Notes: generated by a model not told the origin, from the sequence alone. 63,958 nucleotides of DNA, filler included, from Vicugna vicugna (GCA_013265495.1; 71 parts of 70 records of this genome joined end to end with filler, not necessarily neighbours in it), one strand, 5' to 3'. Counted from the whole stretch's first letter, positions 49,243 to 61,648 are shown. Numbers and translations: made by a program.

Positions 49243-50117
49243 AAATTACATATCCCTAGGGTAGAATTCTGCCCAAGAGTATTTTTCAGGGATCAAAGAG
49301 TGATTCTCGAACTGGTGATAGGAAGAAGCTACGAAGTCAAAGTATATATTTCAGAGTGCATAGGTAACTTGTTTGGTGGTTGAAACATCAGTCATGCGCA
49401 TGTTCACAACTCAGAAATGCATGTTTGAGTCATCCGTGACGCGTGAAACATCTTCGTATTACGGAATGCCATGGTTATGTAAACAATTCATATTACATGT
49501 GTTTTGGTGAGATTTCGCTCAAAGAGTGTTTTCTGGTGACAAATATCCCATTTTAGAACCTGGTGATAGAAAAAACTTTGAAGTCAGAGTAAATATTTCT
49601 AAGCCTATATACGCCTTGTTTGGTGGATGAAAGGTCAGTAATCCACATGCTCACAAGTCAGAAACGCATGATTGCCAAATCCGTCATACATGTAGCATGT
49701 ACGGAACCCGGAATGCCATGTTGTTGGAATTCATGTAAATTACAAATCTGTTAGGTGGAAATCGCTCGAGAACNNNNNNNNNNNNNNNNNNNNNNNNNNN
49801 NNNNNNNNNNNNNNNNNNNNNNNNNNNNNNNTGTTAGGGAAAGCTTGTGAAAATGTGTGCATGTTTCTAGATGAAAATATTCCTTTTATAGAGGATGAAA
49901 GATTAGTAATCCACATGCTCTCAACTCAGGAATGCATGTTTGTCAAATCAGTCATGTATGTAGTATGTAATGAAAACGGAATATCATGTAGATGGAATGT
50001 ATTCAAATTACATATCTCTAATTTAGAATTCGCTCCAAGAGAGTATTTCTGGGTTCAAAGAGTGATTCTTGGATCTGTTGATAGGAAGAAGCTACGAAGT
50101 CAAAGTAAATATTTCAG
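49243..50117 (+). repeat. Satellite B, one full trimer
   Basis: GATAGGAAGAAGCTACGAAGTCAAAGT at ~49317 recurs only at ~50080; the intervening subunits are diverged. Confidence 0.92.
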
Positions 50118-50539
50118 NNNNNNNNNNNNNNNNNNNNNNNNNNNNNNNNNNNNNNNNNNNNTTAATTAATTAANNNNNNNNNNNNNNNNNNNNNNNNNNN
50201 NNNNNNNNNNNNNNNNNGGGAATAAAGGGTATAATGTGGGCGCATACGTCCAGCCACCGATTAACGTGTTTGAACAGTGCTCCTGATACCCTCTGCTCCT
50301 TCTGCAGGGAACCAGCCTCTCCTGTAGTCTTGTCCATAACAGTTAGTGGCAACTCCTCTCTTCCAGCTTTTCGGGGGAAATCACCCAACAACAACAACGC
50401 TAACAACCACCACCAACAAAAATCGCATCAAAGCTCTGCCTGCAGAATATGTCTAGAATTCGACCACTGGTGTAGGTGGGGTCCAAGAGGCAATCACCTC
50501 TCCTCGGTGTCTGGGTTGTCTTTTTATTTCCATGCTTCT

Positions 50540-50745
50540 TCTCTTGCCTGCTCACAATCTGACCTCAACACAGCAGCCAAAATTATTAAAAAGTTAAAAA
50601 GTGTCAAAAATCTGTTGAATCACTGTTCAGCAACCTCCAGTGGCTTGCGATTTTTAATTAAATAAAGGACAGGGTCCTATTACCTCTCTGACTTTGTAGA
50701 CATTCTCTCTTCGTCTCTTCTTCTCTAGCCACACTAGACTTCTTT
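50540..50745. mobile_element. L2 remnant
   Basis: CACAGCAGCCA...CCTCCAGTGGCTT...CTAGCCACACTAGACTTCTT. Confidence 0.6.
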
Positions 50746-51468
50746 NNNNNNNNNNNNNNNNNNNNNNNNNNNNNNNNNNNNNNNNNNNNTTAATTAATTA
50801 ANNNNNNNNNNNNNNNNNNNNNNNNNNNNNNNNNNNNNNNNNNNNTCTTTCAAGATCATGAGCGTTTTTATCATCTCTGCCATCTCTTCTAATTGGACGT
50901 CAGGGATCTTGGACCCGTTCTTGGAGCAGAGAATTGAGGAACTTCCTCCAGTCCACGGTGGCCCTCCGTATGTTTCTGCTAGTATCAGCGGCGTTCAATA
51001 TGTCTCATGAATGACTTTCGAGCCTGCTATCCTCTTCAGTTGTCTCCAGGCCAGTATTCTCTATTGTAGCAGAACATCTCTCATCAATGTGTTCGCATCT
51101 CTCCTCAATCCGTGCAGCCATATTTTCGGCAAGCTTCCCTTCGTGTCTCCCATAAAGTCGACTTCAACAGGACTGGGCAGGTCTGAAAGGACCTCGGAGC
51201 CTCTCCAGTAAGCTGAAGACAGGCAGATCTTCCACTGTCTGCCCTTTCAGGTTCTGGAAACTGACCCGTGAACTCAGGTCTTTGGGCAGCAACGAACTGA
51301 CACAGCTTCCCGGAAAAAAGACATAAGCCAAGCCCCACAGAGGGCGGCAGCCCCTCCATCGCACTGATNNNNNNNNNNNNNNNNNNNNNNNNNNNNNNNN
51401 NNNNNNNNNNNNTTAATTAATTAANNNNNNNNNNNNNNNNNNNNNNNNNNNNNNNNNNNNNNNNNNNN

Positions 51469-52456
51469 TGTTCTACATTCTATATTCTTTATTCTATATT
51501 CTACATTCCATATATTTTATTCTATATTCTGAGTTCTACATTCTATATTCTAAGTTCGATACTCAGTATTCTGTATACTATATTCTAAATTCTGTGTTCT
51601 GCATTCCATGTTCTAAATTCTGGGTTCTATATTCTCTATTCTATATTCTATATTCTGTGTCCTATATTATACAATCTAAATTCTATATTCAGTATTCCGT
51701 ATTCTATATTTTATATTCTGGGTCCTGCATTCCATGTTCTAAAATCTATATTCAGTATTCTGTATTCTATATTCTAAATTCTGAGTTCTGCATTCCATGT
51801 TCTAAATCCTATATTCAGTATTCTGTATTCTATATTCTAAATTCTGTGGTCTTCAGGTTTTGTATTCTGTTTTCCATATTCTATAATCTGTGTTCTACAT
51901 TCTAAATTCTGTATTCTATATTCTGCATTCCGTATTCTTTATTCTATATTCTGTGTTCTACATTTTATATTCTAAATACTATATTCAGTATTCTGGATTC
52001 TATATGCTAAATTCTGTGTTCTATATTCTATATTCGAAATTCTATATTCAGTATTTTTTTTCTATACTCTAAATTCTGTGTTGTGCATTCCTTGTTCTCA
52101 ATTCAGGGTTTTGTATTCTGTTTTCCATATTCTATATTCTGTGTTCTACATTCTATATTCTGTATTGTATATTCTGCATTCCGTATTCTTTATTCTATGT
52201 TCTGTGTTCTACATTGTATATTGTAAAGACTATATTCAGTATTATGTATTCTATATGCTAAATTCTGTGTTCTACATTGTATATTCATATTTTATATTCA
52301 GTATTTGGTATTGAATACTCTAAATTCTGTGTTCTGCATTCCATATTCTAAATTCTGTGTTCTATATACTCTATTATACATTGTATATATTGTGTTCATC
52401 ATTCTATATTCTATATACTATATTCTGCATTCCGTAGTCTATATTCTATATTCTGT
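51469..52456 (+). repeat. Satellite A
   Basis: Heptamer periodicity, e.g. TTCTAAA TTCTGTG TTCTGCA TTCCATG TTCTAAA TTCTGGG TTCTATA. Confidence 0.94.
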
Positions 52457-52556
52457 NNNNNNNNNNNNNNNNNNNNNNNNNNNNNNNNNNNNNNNNNNNN
52501 TTAATTAATTAANNNNNNNNNNNNNNNNNNNNNNNNNNNNNNNNNNNNNNNNNNNN

Positions 52557-53002
52557 CTGTGACTGAAGAGAGCTGCGTGGAGCTCTCTCTCGAGCTCCCC
52601 CGCGCACTGACAATGGTCCCGGTACCCTGAGCGTGGGGAAGTTCCACCAACGGTCGGCAGAGCGTGGGTTCTAACGGAATGCCTAAGCTCGTCTCCCCTG
52701 AGGGTTTTCCTAATGTCTCTGTGCCAGGGAATGCTAGGGGGGTTTGCAGGATATCCNNNNNNNNNNNNNNNNNNNNNNNNNNNNNNNNNNNNNNNNNNNN
52801 NNNNNNNNNNNNNNNNNNNNNNNNNNNNNNNNNNNNNNNNNNNNNNNNNNNNNNNNNNNNNNNNNNNNNNNNNNNNNNNNNNNNNNNNNNNNNNNNNNNN
52901 NNNNNNNNNNNNNNNNNNNNNNNNNNNNNNNNNNNNNNNNNNNNNNNNNNNTGCTGTTCTCCCCTGAGGATTTTCCTAATATCTGTGTGCCAGGGAATGC
53001 TA
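52557..53002 (-). repeat. Satellite D
   Basis: CTGTGACTGAAGAGAGCTGCGTGGA...CCACCAACGGTCGGCAG. Confidence 0.92.
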
Positions 53003-53102
53003 NNNNNNNNNNNNNNNNNNNNNNNNNNNNNNNNNNNNNNNNNNNNTTAATTAATTAANNNNNNNNNNNNNNNNNNNNNNNNNNNNNNNNNNNNNNNNNN
53101 NN

Positions 53103-53833
53103 TGAAACTGGTGATAGGCAGAATCTATGAAGTAAAAATAAATATTTTAAAGTGCATATGTAGCTTGTTTGGTGGTTGAAACATCAGTCATGCGCATGTT
53201 CACAACTCAGAAGTTCAAGTTTGAGGAATCCGTGTTGCATGAATCATGTTTGTAATACGGAATGCCGTGGTTATGTAAACAATGTAAATTACATGTGTAT
53301 TGGTGAGAATTCGCTCAAAGAGCGTTTTCTGGTGACAAATGTCCGATTTTAGAACCTGGTGATAGAAAAATCTAAGAAGTCAGATTAAATATTTCTAACN
53401 NNNNNNNNNNNNNNNNNNNNNNNNNNNNNNNNNNNNNNNNNNNNNNNNNNNNNNNNNNNNNNNNNNNNNNNNNNNNNNNNNNNNNNNNNNNNNNNNNNNN
53501 NNNNNNNNNNNNNNNNNNNNNNNNNNNNNNNNNNNNNNNNNNNNNNNNNNNNNNNNNNNNNNNNNNNNNNNNNNNNNNNNNNGTGAAAAAGCTAGAATTC
53601 GAATCTGGTGTTACGGAAATTTGTGAAAATGTGTACATGTGTCTAGAGGAAAATATTTCTTTTATAGAGGATGAAAGATTGGTAATCCAGGTGACCTCAA
53701 CTTAGGAATGTATCTTTGTCGAATCCATCAATTACGTAGCATGCACGAAAAACGGAATAACATGTAGATGGGATATATTCAAATTACTTATCTCTAGGGT
53801 AGAATTCGCTCCAGGAGGGTTTATGTGGGATCA
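53103..53833 (+). repeat. Satellite B
   Basis: TGAAACTGGTGATAGG...CATGTTCACAACTCAGAA. Confidence 0.9.
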
Positions 53834-53933
53834 NNNNNNNNNNNNNNNNNNNNNNNNNNNNNNNNNNNNNNNNNNNNTTAATTAATTAANNNNNNNNNNN
53901 NNNNNNNNNNNNNNNNNNNNNNNNNNNNNNNNN

Positions 53934-54750
53934 CCCAGAATTTAGAACATTGAATTGCAGAACACTGAATATAGAATAGAGTATACACAATACTTAATAA
54001 ACAATTAAAAAATTGAATGTGGAACACAGAATATACAATATAAAATACATAATACTGAATATATAATTTAGAATATAGAATGTAGAACACAGAATATAGA
54101 ATGTAGAATATAGATTATACACCCCAGAATTTTGAACATGGAATGCATAACACAGAATAGAATATAGCATACGGAATACTGAATATATAATTTAGAATAT
54201 AGAATGTAGAACACAGAATATAGAATGTAGAATATAGATTATACACCCCAGAATTTTGAACATGGAATGCATAACACAGAATAGAATATAGCATACGGAA
54301 TACTGAATATATAATTTAGAATATAGAATGTAGAACACAGAATATAGAATATAGTATACGTAATGCACAATATAGTATGTAGAATCTAGAATGAAAAACA
54401 CAAAATTTACAATATAGAATAGAGAATGTAGAACCTAGAATTTATAACATGGATTGCAGAACACAGAATTTAGAATATAGAATACACAATACTGAATATA
54501 GAATTTAGAATATAGAAAGAAGAATACAGAATATAGAATAAATAATAGAGAATTTAGAACATGGAATGCGGAACAGAGAATTTAGATTATATAATACATA
54601 ATACTGAATATAGAATTAAGAATATAGAATGTAGTACACAGTATAAAGAATATAGAATACTGAATTCAGAATATAGAATTTAGAATATACAGTGTAGTGT
54701 AGAAGAGCGAATATAGAATATAGAAAAGAGAAAATAAAACCCAGAATTTA
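53934..54750 (-). repeat. Satellite A, including a perfect 124-bp repeat
   Basis: AATACTGAATATATAATTTAG at 54051, 54175 and 54299. Confidence 0.93.
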
Positions 54751-55992
54751 NNNNNNNNNNNNNNNNNNNNNNNNNNNNNNNNNNNNNNNNNNNNTTAATT
54801 AATTAANNNNNNNNNNNNNNNNNNNNNNNNNNNNNNNNNNNNNNNNNNNNCTACAGACAGGCCCCATGTGGGCACTAGGATGTGACCCCTGACGATCGAC
54901 AGACCCCTGGGGGCTGCGTGGCCCCCGTCCGCTTGATCCTCCCAAGGCCCCGTGAGTCTAAGCCGCACACCATATAATTTTGTAAATTTGTGAGGTTAAG
55001 TTTTTTAAAGCGTAGTCGGTGGAGATTGCTGTCTCTCCATTTCGGCTTTCTCTCTCTTATACTTCCTGTTGTGTTGAGGACTTGGGGCATTTTGAGTTTT
55101 TTCTGAAGGGGCTTCCACCCTGGTTATATAAGCTTCTGGGTCCATCCCTGGGTAAAGCTGCCATTTTCCTGTGTCATCAGTGGGGCGTTTGGGGCCCAGA
55201 GACAAGGAGAGAGCTTTGCCCATGGCTGGACCGGCTTGGAGCGGTTTTTCTGCTCTCAGGTCAGGCCCTGGTGGTCTTTGCGCAGCACTTACGGTGAAGT
55301 CTGGAGTCTGTGTCTGATGCGTAAGGGAGACTGGTGTCCTGGCGCCAAATTTTTTTCATATTTCAAAGCATTGAAGTAACTGAGTCAGCCACTCAGGACT
55401 CAGCACAGAGCCCTGAGAGTGGCGGATCCTCGCCAGGAACCTGCTGATCCCACGGCTTGTTACATAACATAAANNNNNNNNNNNNNNNNNNNNNNNNNNN
55501 NNNNNNNNNNNNNNNNNNNNNNNNNNNNNNNNNNNNNNNNNNNNNNNNNNNNNNNNNNNNNNNNNNNNNNNNNNNNNNNNNNNNNNNNNNNNNNNNNNNN
55601 NNNNNNNNNNNNNNNNNNNNNNNNNNNNNNNNNNNNNNNNNNNNNNNNNNNNNNNNNNNNNNNNNNNNNNNNNNNNNNNNNNNNNNNNNNNNNNNNNNNN
55701 NNNNNNNNNNNNNNNNNNNNNNNNNNNNNNNNNNNNNNNNNNNNNNNNNNNNNNNNNNNNNNNNNNCAGGAGCGCAAATCAGATGCACGGCTTGCTCTCA
55801 GAGAAGCTAGCTGGGGGATCCCAGGTTGAAAAGATACGGGAAAGAAAAAAGTGCAGTAGAATGCACGTTGCTGTCAAAGGTGTGCAGTGCAANNNNNNNN
55901 NNNNNNNNNNNNNNNNNNNNNNNNNNNNNNNNNNNNTTAATTAATTAANNNNNNNNNNNNNNNNNNNNNNNNNNNNNNNNNNNNNNNNNNNN

Positions 55993-56726
55993 TGCCGACC
56001 GTTTGTGGAACCTCCCAACACTCAGGATTCCGGAACCGTTGTCAGAGCGTATCGGAGCTTGAGAGACAACTCCACGCAGCTCTCTTCAGCCACAGGAGTT
56101 CCCTGTTCGGGGAATTCCTAGAAATACTTTCCCTGACCTTAAGGAGGCATCCTCGGTCACTGGGATATCCTGCAATCACTCCTAGCATTTCCTGGCACAG
56201 AGAGATTAGGAAAAACCTCAGGGGAGACGAGCTTACGCATTCCGTTAGAACCCACTCGCTGCCGACCGTTTGTGGAACCTCCCAACACTCAGGATTCCGG
56301 AACCGTTGTCAGAGCGTATCGGAGCTTGAGAGACAACTCCACGCAGCTCTCTTCAGTCACAGGAGTTCCCTGTTCGGGGAATTCCTAGAAATACTTTCCC
56401 TGACCTTAAGGAGGCATCCTCGGTCACTGGGATATCCTGCAATCACTCCTAGCATTTCCTGGCACAGAGAGATTAGGAAAAACCTCAGGGGAGACGAGCT
56501 TAGGCATTACGTAGAACCCACGCGCTGCCGACCGTTGGTGGAACCTCCCCACGCTCAGGATTCCGGAACCGTTGTCACTGCGTGGGGAGCTCGAGAGACA
56601 ATTCCACGCAGCTCTCTTCAGTCACAGGAGTTCAATGTTCGGGGAAGTCCGAGAAATATATTCCCTGACCTTGCAGAGATATTCCCTGACCTTGCAGAGG
56701 CAGCCTCGGTCACTGGGATATCCTGC
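55993..56726 (+). repeat. Satellite D (266-267 bp)
   Basis: TGCCGACCGTT at 55993, 56260 and 56526. Confidence 0.95.
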
Positions 56727-56826
56727 NNNNNNNNNNNNNNNNNNNNNNNNNNNNNNNNNNNNNNNNNNNNTTAATTAATTAANNNNNNNNNNNNNNNNNN
56801 NNNNNNNNNNNNNNNNNNNNNNNNNN

Positions 56827-57594
56827 GTTTCATTAGGTCCCATTTGTTTATTCTTGCTTTTATTTCTTCTGCTTGAGTAGAGTGTTGTAGGAGAATATTT
56901 TTGAGATGTATGTCAGATAATGTTTTGCCTATGTTTTCCTCTAGGAGGTTTACTATATCTTGTCTTATGTTTAAGTCTTTAATCCATTTTGAGTTGACTT
57001 TTGTATATGGTGTAAGGGTGTGTTCTAGCTTCATTGTTTTACATGNNNNNNNNNNNNNNNNNNNNNNNNNNNNNNNNNNNNNNNNNNNNNNNNNNNNNNN
57101 NNNNNNNNNNNNNNNNNNNNNNNNNNNNNNNNNNNNNNNNNNNNNNNNNNNNNNNNNNNNNNNNNNNNNNNNNNNNNNNNNNNNNNNNNNNNNNNNNNNN
57201 NNNNNNNNNNNNNNNNNNNNNNNNNNNNNNNNNNNNNNNNNNNNNNNNNNNNNNNNNNNNNNNNNNNNNNNNNNNNNNNNNNNNNNNNNNNNNNNNNNNN
57301 NNNNNNNNNNNNNNNNNNNNNNNNNNNNNNNNNNNNNNNNNNNNNNNNNNNNNNNNNNNNNNNNNNNNNNNNNNNNNNNNNNNNNNNNNNNNNNNNNNNN
57401 NNNNNNNNNNNNNNNNNNNNNNNNNNNNNNNNNNNNNNNNNNNNNNNNNNNNNNNNNNNNNNNNNNNNNNNNNNNNNNNNNNNNNTCCATCAATGTTGTT
57501 TTCTGTGTATAATTCTTTCACTTCCCTGGTTAGATTTATCCCTAGGTTCTTATTATTTTGGGTGCTATTTTAAAGGGGATTGTTTCTTTACTTT
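56827..57594 (-). mobile_element. L1 ORF2 fragment
   Basis: CKTMKLEHTLTPYTKVNSKWIKDLNIRQDIVNLLEENIGKTL. Confidence 0.95.
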
Positions 57595-57694
57595 NNNNNN
57601 NNNNNNNNNNNNNNNNNNNNNNNNNNNNNNNNNNNNNNTTAATTAATTAANNNNNNNNNNNNNNNNNNNNNNNNNNNNNNNNNNNNNNNNNNNN

Positions 57695-58818
57695 ATGTCA
57701 GTTGGAGGAACTACCCCACCCTCAGGATACTGGAACGCAGCCTTGTGTGGTGGGGAGATTTGAAGCCACACTCCACGTAGATGAATGGGTGCTCAGGTGT
57801 CTCCCTTTATGGAGAATTCATCTAAATACTTCCTCAGTCCATCGGGGACACTCGCTACTATTTGGNNNNNNNNNNNNNNNNNNNNNNNNNNNNNNNNNNN
57901 NNNNNNNNNNNNNNNNNNNNNNNNNNNNNNNNNNNNNNNNNNNNNNNNNNNNNNNNNNNNNNNNNNNNNNNNNNNNNNNNNNNNNNNNNNNNNNNNNNNN
58001 NNNNNNNNNNNNNNNNNNNNNNNNNNNNNNNNNNNNNNNNNNNNNNNNNNNNNNNNNNNNNNNNNNNNNNNNNNNNNNNNNNNNNNNNNNNNNNNNNNNN
58101 NNNNNNNNNNNNNNNNNNNNNNNNNNNNNNNNNNNNNNNNNNNNNNNNNNNNNNNNNNNNNNNNNNNNNNNNNNNNNNNNNNNNNNNNNNNNNNNNNNNN
58201 NNNNNNNNNNNNNNNNNNNNNNNNNNNNNNNNNNNNNNNNNNNNNNNNNNNNNNNNNNNNNNNNNNNNNNNNNNNNNNNNNNNNNNNNNNNNNNNNNNNN
58301 NNNNNNNNNNNNNNNNNNNNNNNNNNNNNNNNNNNNNNNNNNNNNNNNNNNNNNNNNNNNNNNNNNNNNNNNNNNNNNNNNNNNNNNNNNNNNNNNNNNN
58401 NNNNNNNNNNNNNNNNNNNNNNNNNNNNNNNNNNNNNNNNNNNNNNNNNNNNNNNNNNNNNNNNNNNNNNNNNNNNNNNNNNNNNNNNNNNNNNNNNNNN
58501 NNNNNNNNNNNNNNNNNNNNNNNNNNNNNNNNNNNNNNNNNNNNNNNNNNNNNNNNNNNNNNNNNNNNNNNNNNNNNNNNNNNNNNNNNNNNNNNNNNNN
58601 NNNNNNNNNNNNNNNNNNNNNNNNNNNNNNNNNNNNNNNNNNNNNNNNNNNNNNNNNNNNNNNNNNNNNNNNNNNNNNNNNNNNNNNNNNNNNNNNNNNN
58701 NNNNNNNNNNNNNNNNNNNNNNNNNNNNNNNNNNNNNNNNNNNNNNNNNNNNNCTGTCAGTTTGAGGAAACTTCCCACACTCAGAATACTAGAACACTTC
58801 TTCGCGTGTGTGCTGGAT
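57695..58818 (-). repeat. Satellite C (two short ends around a gap)
   Basis: TGTCAGTTGGAGGAAC..CCCAC.CTCAG.ATAC on both sides of the gap. Confidence 0.85.
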
Positions 58819-59908
58819 NNNNNNNNNNNNNNNNNNNNNNNNNNNNNNNNNNNNNNNNNNNNTTAATTAATTAANNNNNNNNNNNNNNNNNNNNNNNNNN
58901 NNNNNNNNNNNNNNNNNNTACTGAAAAGTTATTTAAAATCCTTAGAATTTATTCATAAAAAAAACCACTGGTTTACATGAAGAAAAGCAAACCTGTTAAT
59001 TTTTAGTCCAAATTAGTAACTAAAAATTAAAACACCATAATGTTCTTTGCAGTGGTATTGTAATGACAATTTTTTAAATTTCTGAAACCTAGGACTATTT
59101 ATATATCTGTTCAATATAGTGTTAAACAGCAATTAAAAGGGATTTAAAAGAATTTTATTACTGATATGGAATATATAATTAAAGTAAAATGCAAATACAT
59201 GTGAAATAATAATTTTCCTTTTGGAAGGGAAAAATATCTACATTTGAACGAAAAAGTTTAGAAGGATTTTAAGNNNNNNNNNNNNNNNNNNNNNNNNNNN
59301 NNNNNNNNNNNNNNNNNNNNNNNNNNNNNNNNNNNNNNNNNNNNNNNNNNNNNNNNNNNNNNNNNNNNNNNNNNNNNNNNNNNNNNNNNNNNNNNNNNNN
59401 NNNNNNNNNNNNNNNNNNNNNNNNNNNNNNNNNNNNNNNNNNNNNNNNNNNNNNNNNNNNNNNNNNNNNNNNNNNNNNNNNNNNNNNNNNNNNNNNNNNN
59501 NNNNNNNNNNNNNNNNNNNNNNNNNNNNNNNNNNNNNNNNNNNNNNNNNNNNNNNNNNNNNNNNNNNNNNNNNNNNNNNNNNNNNNNNNNNNNNNNNNNN
59601 NNNNNNGACCATCACAGGTTAGATTCATAGGCTCATGCTTTCTCTGTCAAAAGAAATGAGAAAATGTTAAGCTTTTACTTTCACCAAGGGAACAAGTAGT
59701 TGTTTGACTTTTTTTATGTAAAAAAAATAACAACAAACCAATTTGAACCTGATGAAAAGGCACTTGCTCAAAACAGCACAGTAGCAATGAAAGTGCTCTG
59801 GCTGGCAGNNNNNNNNNNNNNNNNNNNNNNNNNNNNNNNNNNNNNNNNNNNNTTAATTAATTAANNNNNNNNNNNNNNNNNNNNNNNNNNNNNNNNNNNN
59901 NNNNNNNN

Positions 59909-60789
59909 CTCGGAGGCCAGCCCCAGCCCCAGCCGCCAGGCCCGTCCGGGTCCTCAGACCCCGCCCGCCCAGGACACAGCCCGCCCAGGGGCGGGGACGG
60001 GCCGGCAGCCGAGGAGAGGCAGCCCGGGAGGAGAGGACTCGCGGACGCGAGAGGGGGAGGGGACGCCAGCTGCGGACTGAGGGGAGTTCGGCTGGGTGAG
60101 AGGCGGCAGGTGCACACCTGGCCCTGGACATCTGTGGCCGGGGCGCCGGGGCAGGTGGCGCCCTGGGGGCCTGGCCGGAGCAATTCAGCTGAACACACGC
60201 TGACTGGCGCCCCGGGGGGCTGCGACAGGCGGACCGCCCTCCCGCAGCAGCCTGACCCCTTTCCCGGGAGCCACACTCCTTGCACTTCCACAGCAAGAGG
60301 CCCCGGCCCCAGGCAGGAGCCAAAGGCCTACCGGGCAACAGAGCCAAGAAGCCTTTGGGCCGATCCCAGGCTCGGAGATAGAGCTTCCAACGGGCGGACC
60401 AGCTGGCACTGACTGCACATGCGCAGGAGGGCCAGCGATCCTCTCTGGGTCCTGGGAGAGAAGGTGGGACAGCGAGGGAGGGAGAAGATGGGAGCGGGTG
60501 GAGAGGAGGGGAAATGTGGAGGGAGACAGATGGACAGGAGGAGCAGACAGAAGGGAGGGATCTGGAGAGGGGAGGGTCGTAGCGGAGTTGGAGAATCTGG
60601 CACCCCGAAGGAGGCGGCAGACCTGCCTCTGTACCCTTCTGTAACCCTTCAAGGCCCGCAGCTCAAGTTTTACCTCCCTGATCCAACCCTCCATCCGATG
60701 CTTCTGCAGAAACCCTACGGGGATCACACTCGTTGCCCCCACGAGGAGCTGGGTTTTCTGTTGCTCTGAGAACCAAGCACCCGCAGGTG
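59909..60789. other. CpG-island-like segment; distal half paralogous to 34136-34554
   Basis: High GC/CpG over 59909-60330 with GC boxes (CCCCGCCC, GGGGCGGGG); shared blocks with the 34136 scaffold. Confidence 0.7.
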
Positions 60790-61648
60790 NNNNNNNNNNN
60801 NNNNNNNNNNNNNNNNNNNNNNNNNNNNNNNNNTTAATTAATTAANNNNNNNNNNNNNNNNNNNNNNNNNNNNNNNNNNNNNNNNNNNNTCCTCCTTATA
60901 TTTGGTGACAAATGCGCCCTTATTAAACTTGTTTAATTGTTCTGAAGAAGTGAGATGCGAATTGATTAAGGCGGCTGCTGAGGGATTCTTTTCATGGAGA
61001 ATTTAAACTTGGAAAGTCAAAGTCTGCAGCAGCTTGCTCGATTCCTGCTTTTACACAAACGTGCTCGGCACGCGGTTCCTGGCTGTCGCTGTGTACGTGC
61101 TTGACGGCGCTTCCTGGCCGGCGGTCACTGATGAGGAAGTGGCAGGCTCGGGATGGAGCAGCTGCAGGGGACGCTGTTGGAGGAAGCAGTCAGTTTTTTT
61201 TCCTTTGCATTCAACTTCCCCGTGCCATTTACCTTACTTTGCCTTCATAAAGGGGCAGAAGTGGGTCTAAAATCCATGCCACTCTTTTGTTCCCTTTATT
61301 CTTTTGTTCCCTTTATGAGGCTGGGTTTTCTGAGTATCAGGACAACATGGCCTTCTCCTAAGTACCTGGCTTACCTGGATCTGTTGGAAACAGGGACTGC
61401 AAAAAGGGCCGTAGCTTCCTCTCTGCTCCAGCCAGTGGGCATTCACAGCTGGGTCTGTGGTTTGTCTCAGCAGCCGTGCAGACCTCCCTGCTGTGGCCTT
61501 TAATTTTAACCCTTGTTGGCAGTAAATAGCTGAATCCGTGTCTGTTGCNNNNNNNNNNNNNNNNNNNNNNNNNNNNNNNNNNNNNNNNNNNNTTAATTAA
61601 TTAANNNNNNNNNNNNNNNNNNNNNNNNNNNNNNNNNNNNNNNNNNNN

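Noticed and set aside
50846..51368. Coding-looking minus-strand sequence
   Set aside because: Stops in the frames examined and no family recognised; needs a BLASTX search
54851..55892. Possible ERV internal region with a TGGCGCC primer-binding-like site at ~55340
   Set aside because: Match stops after 7 nt, is not preceded by an LTR CA end, and no clear gag/pol motif translates
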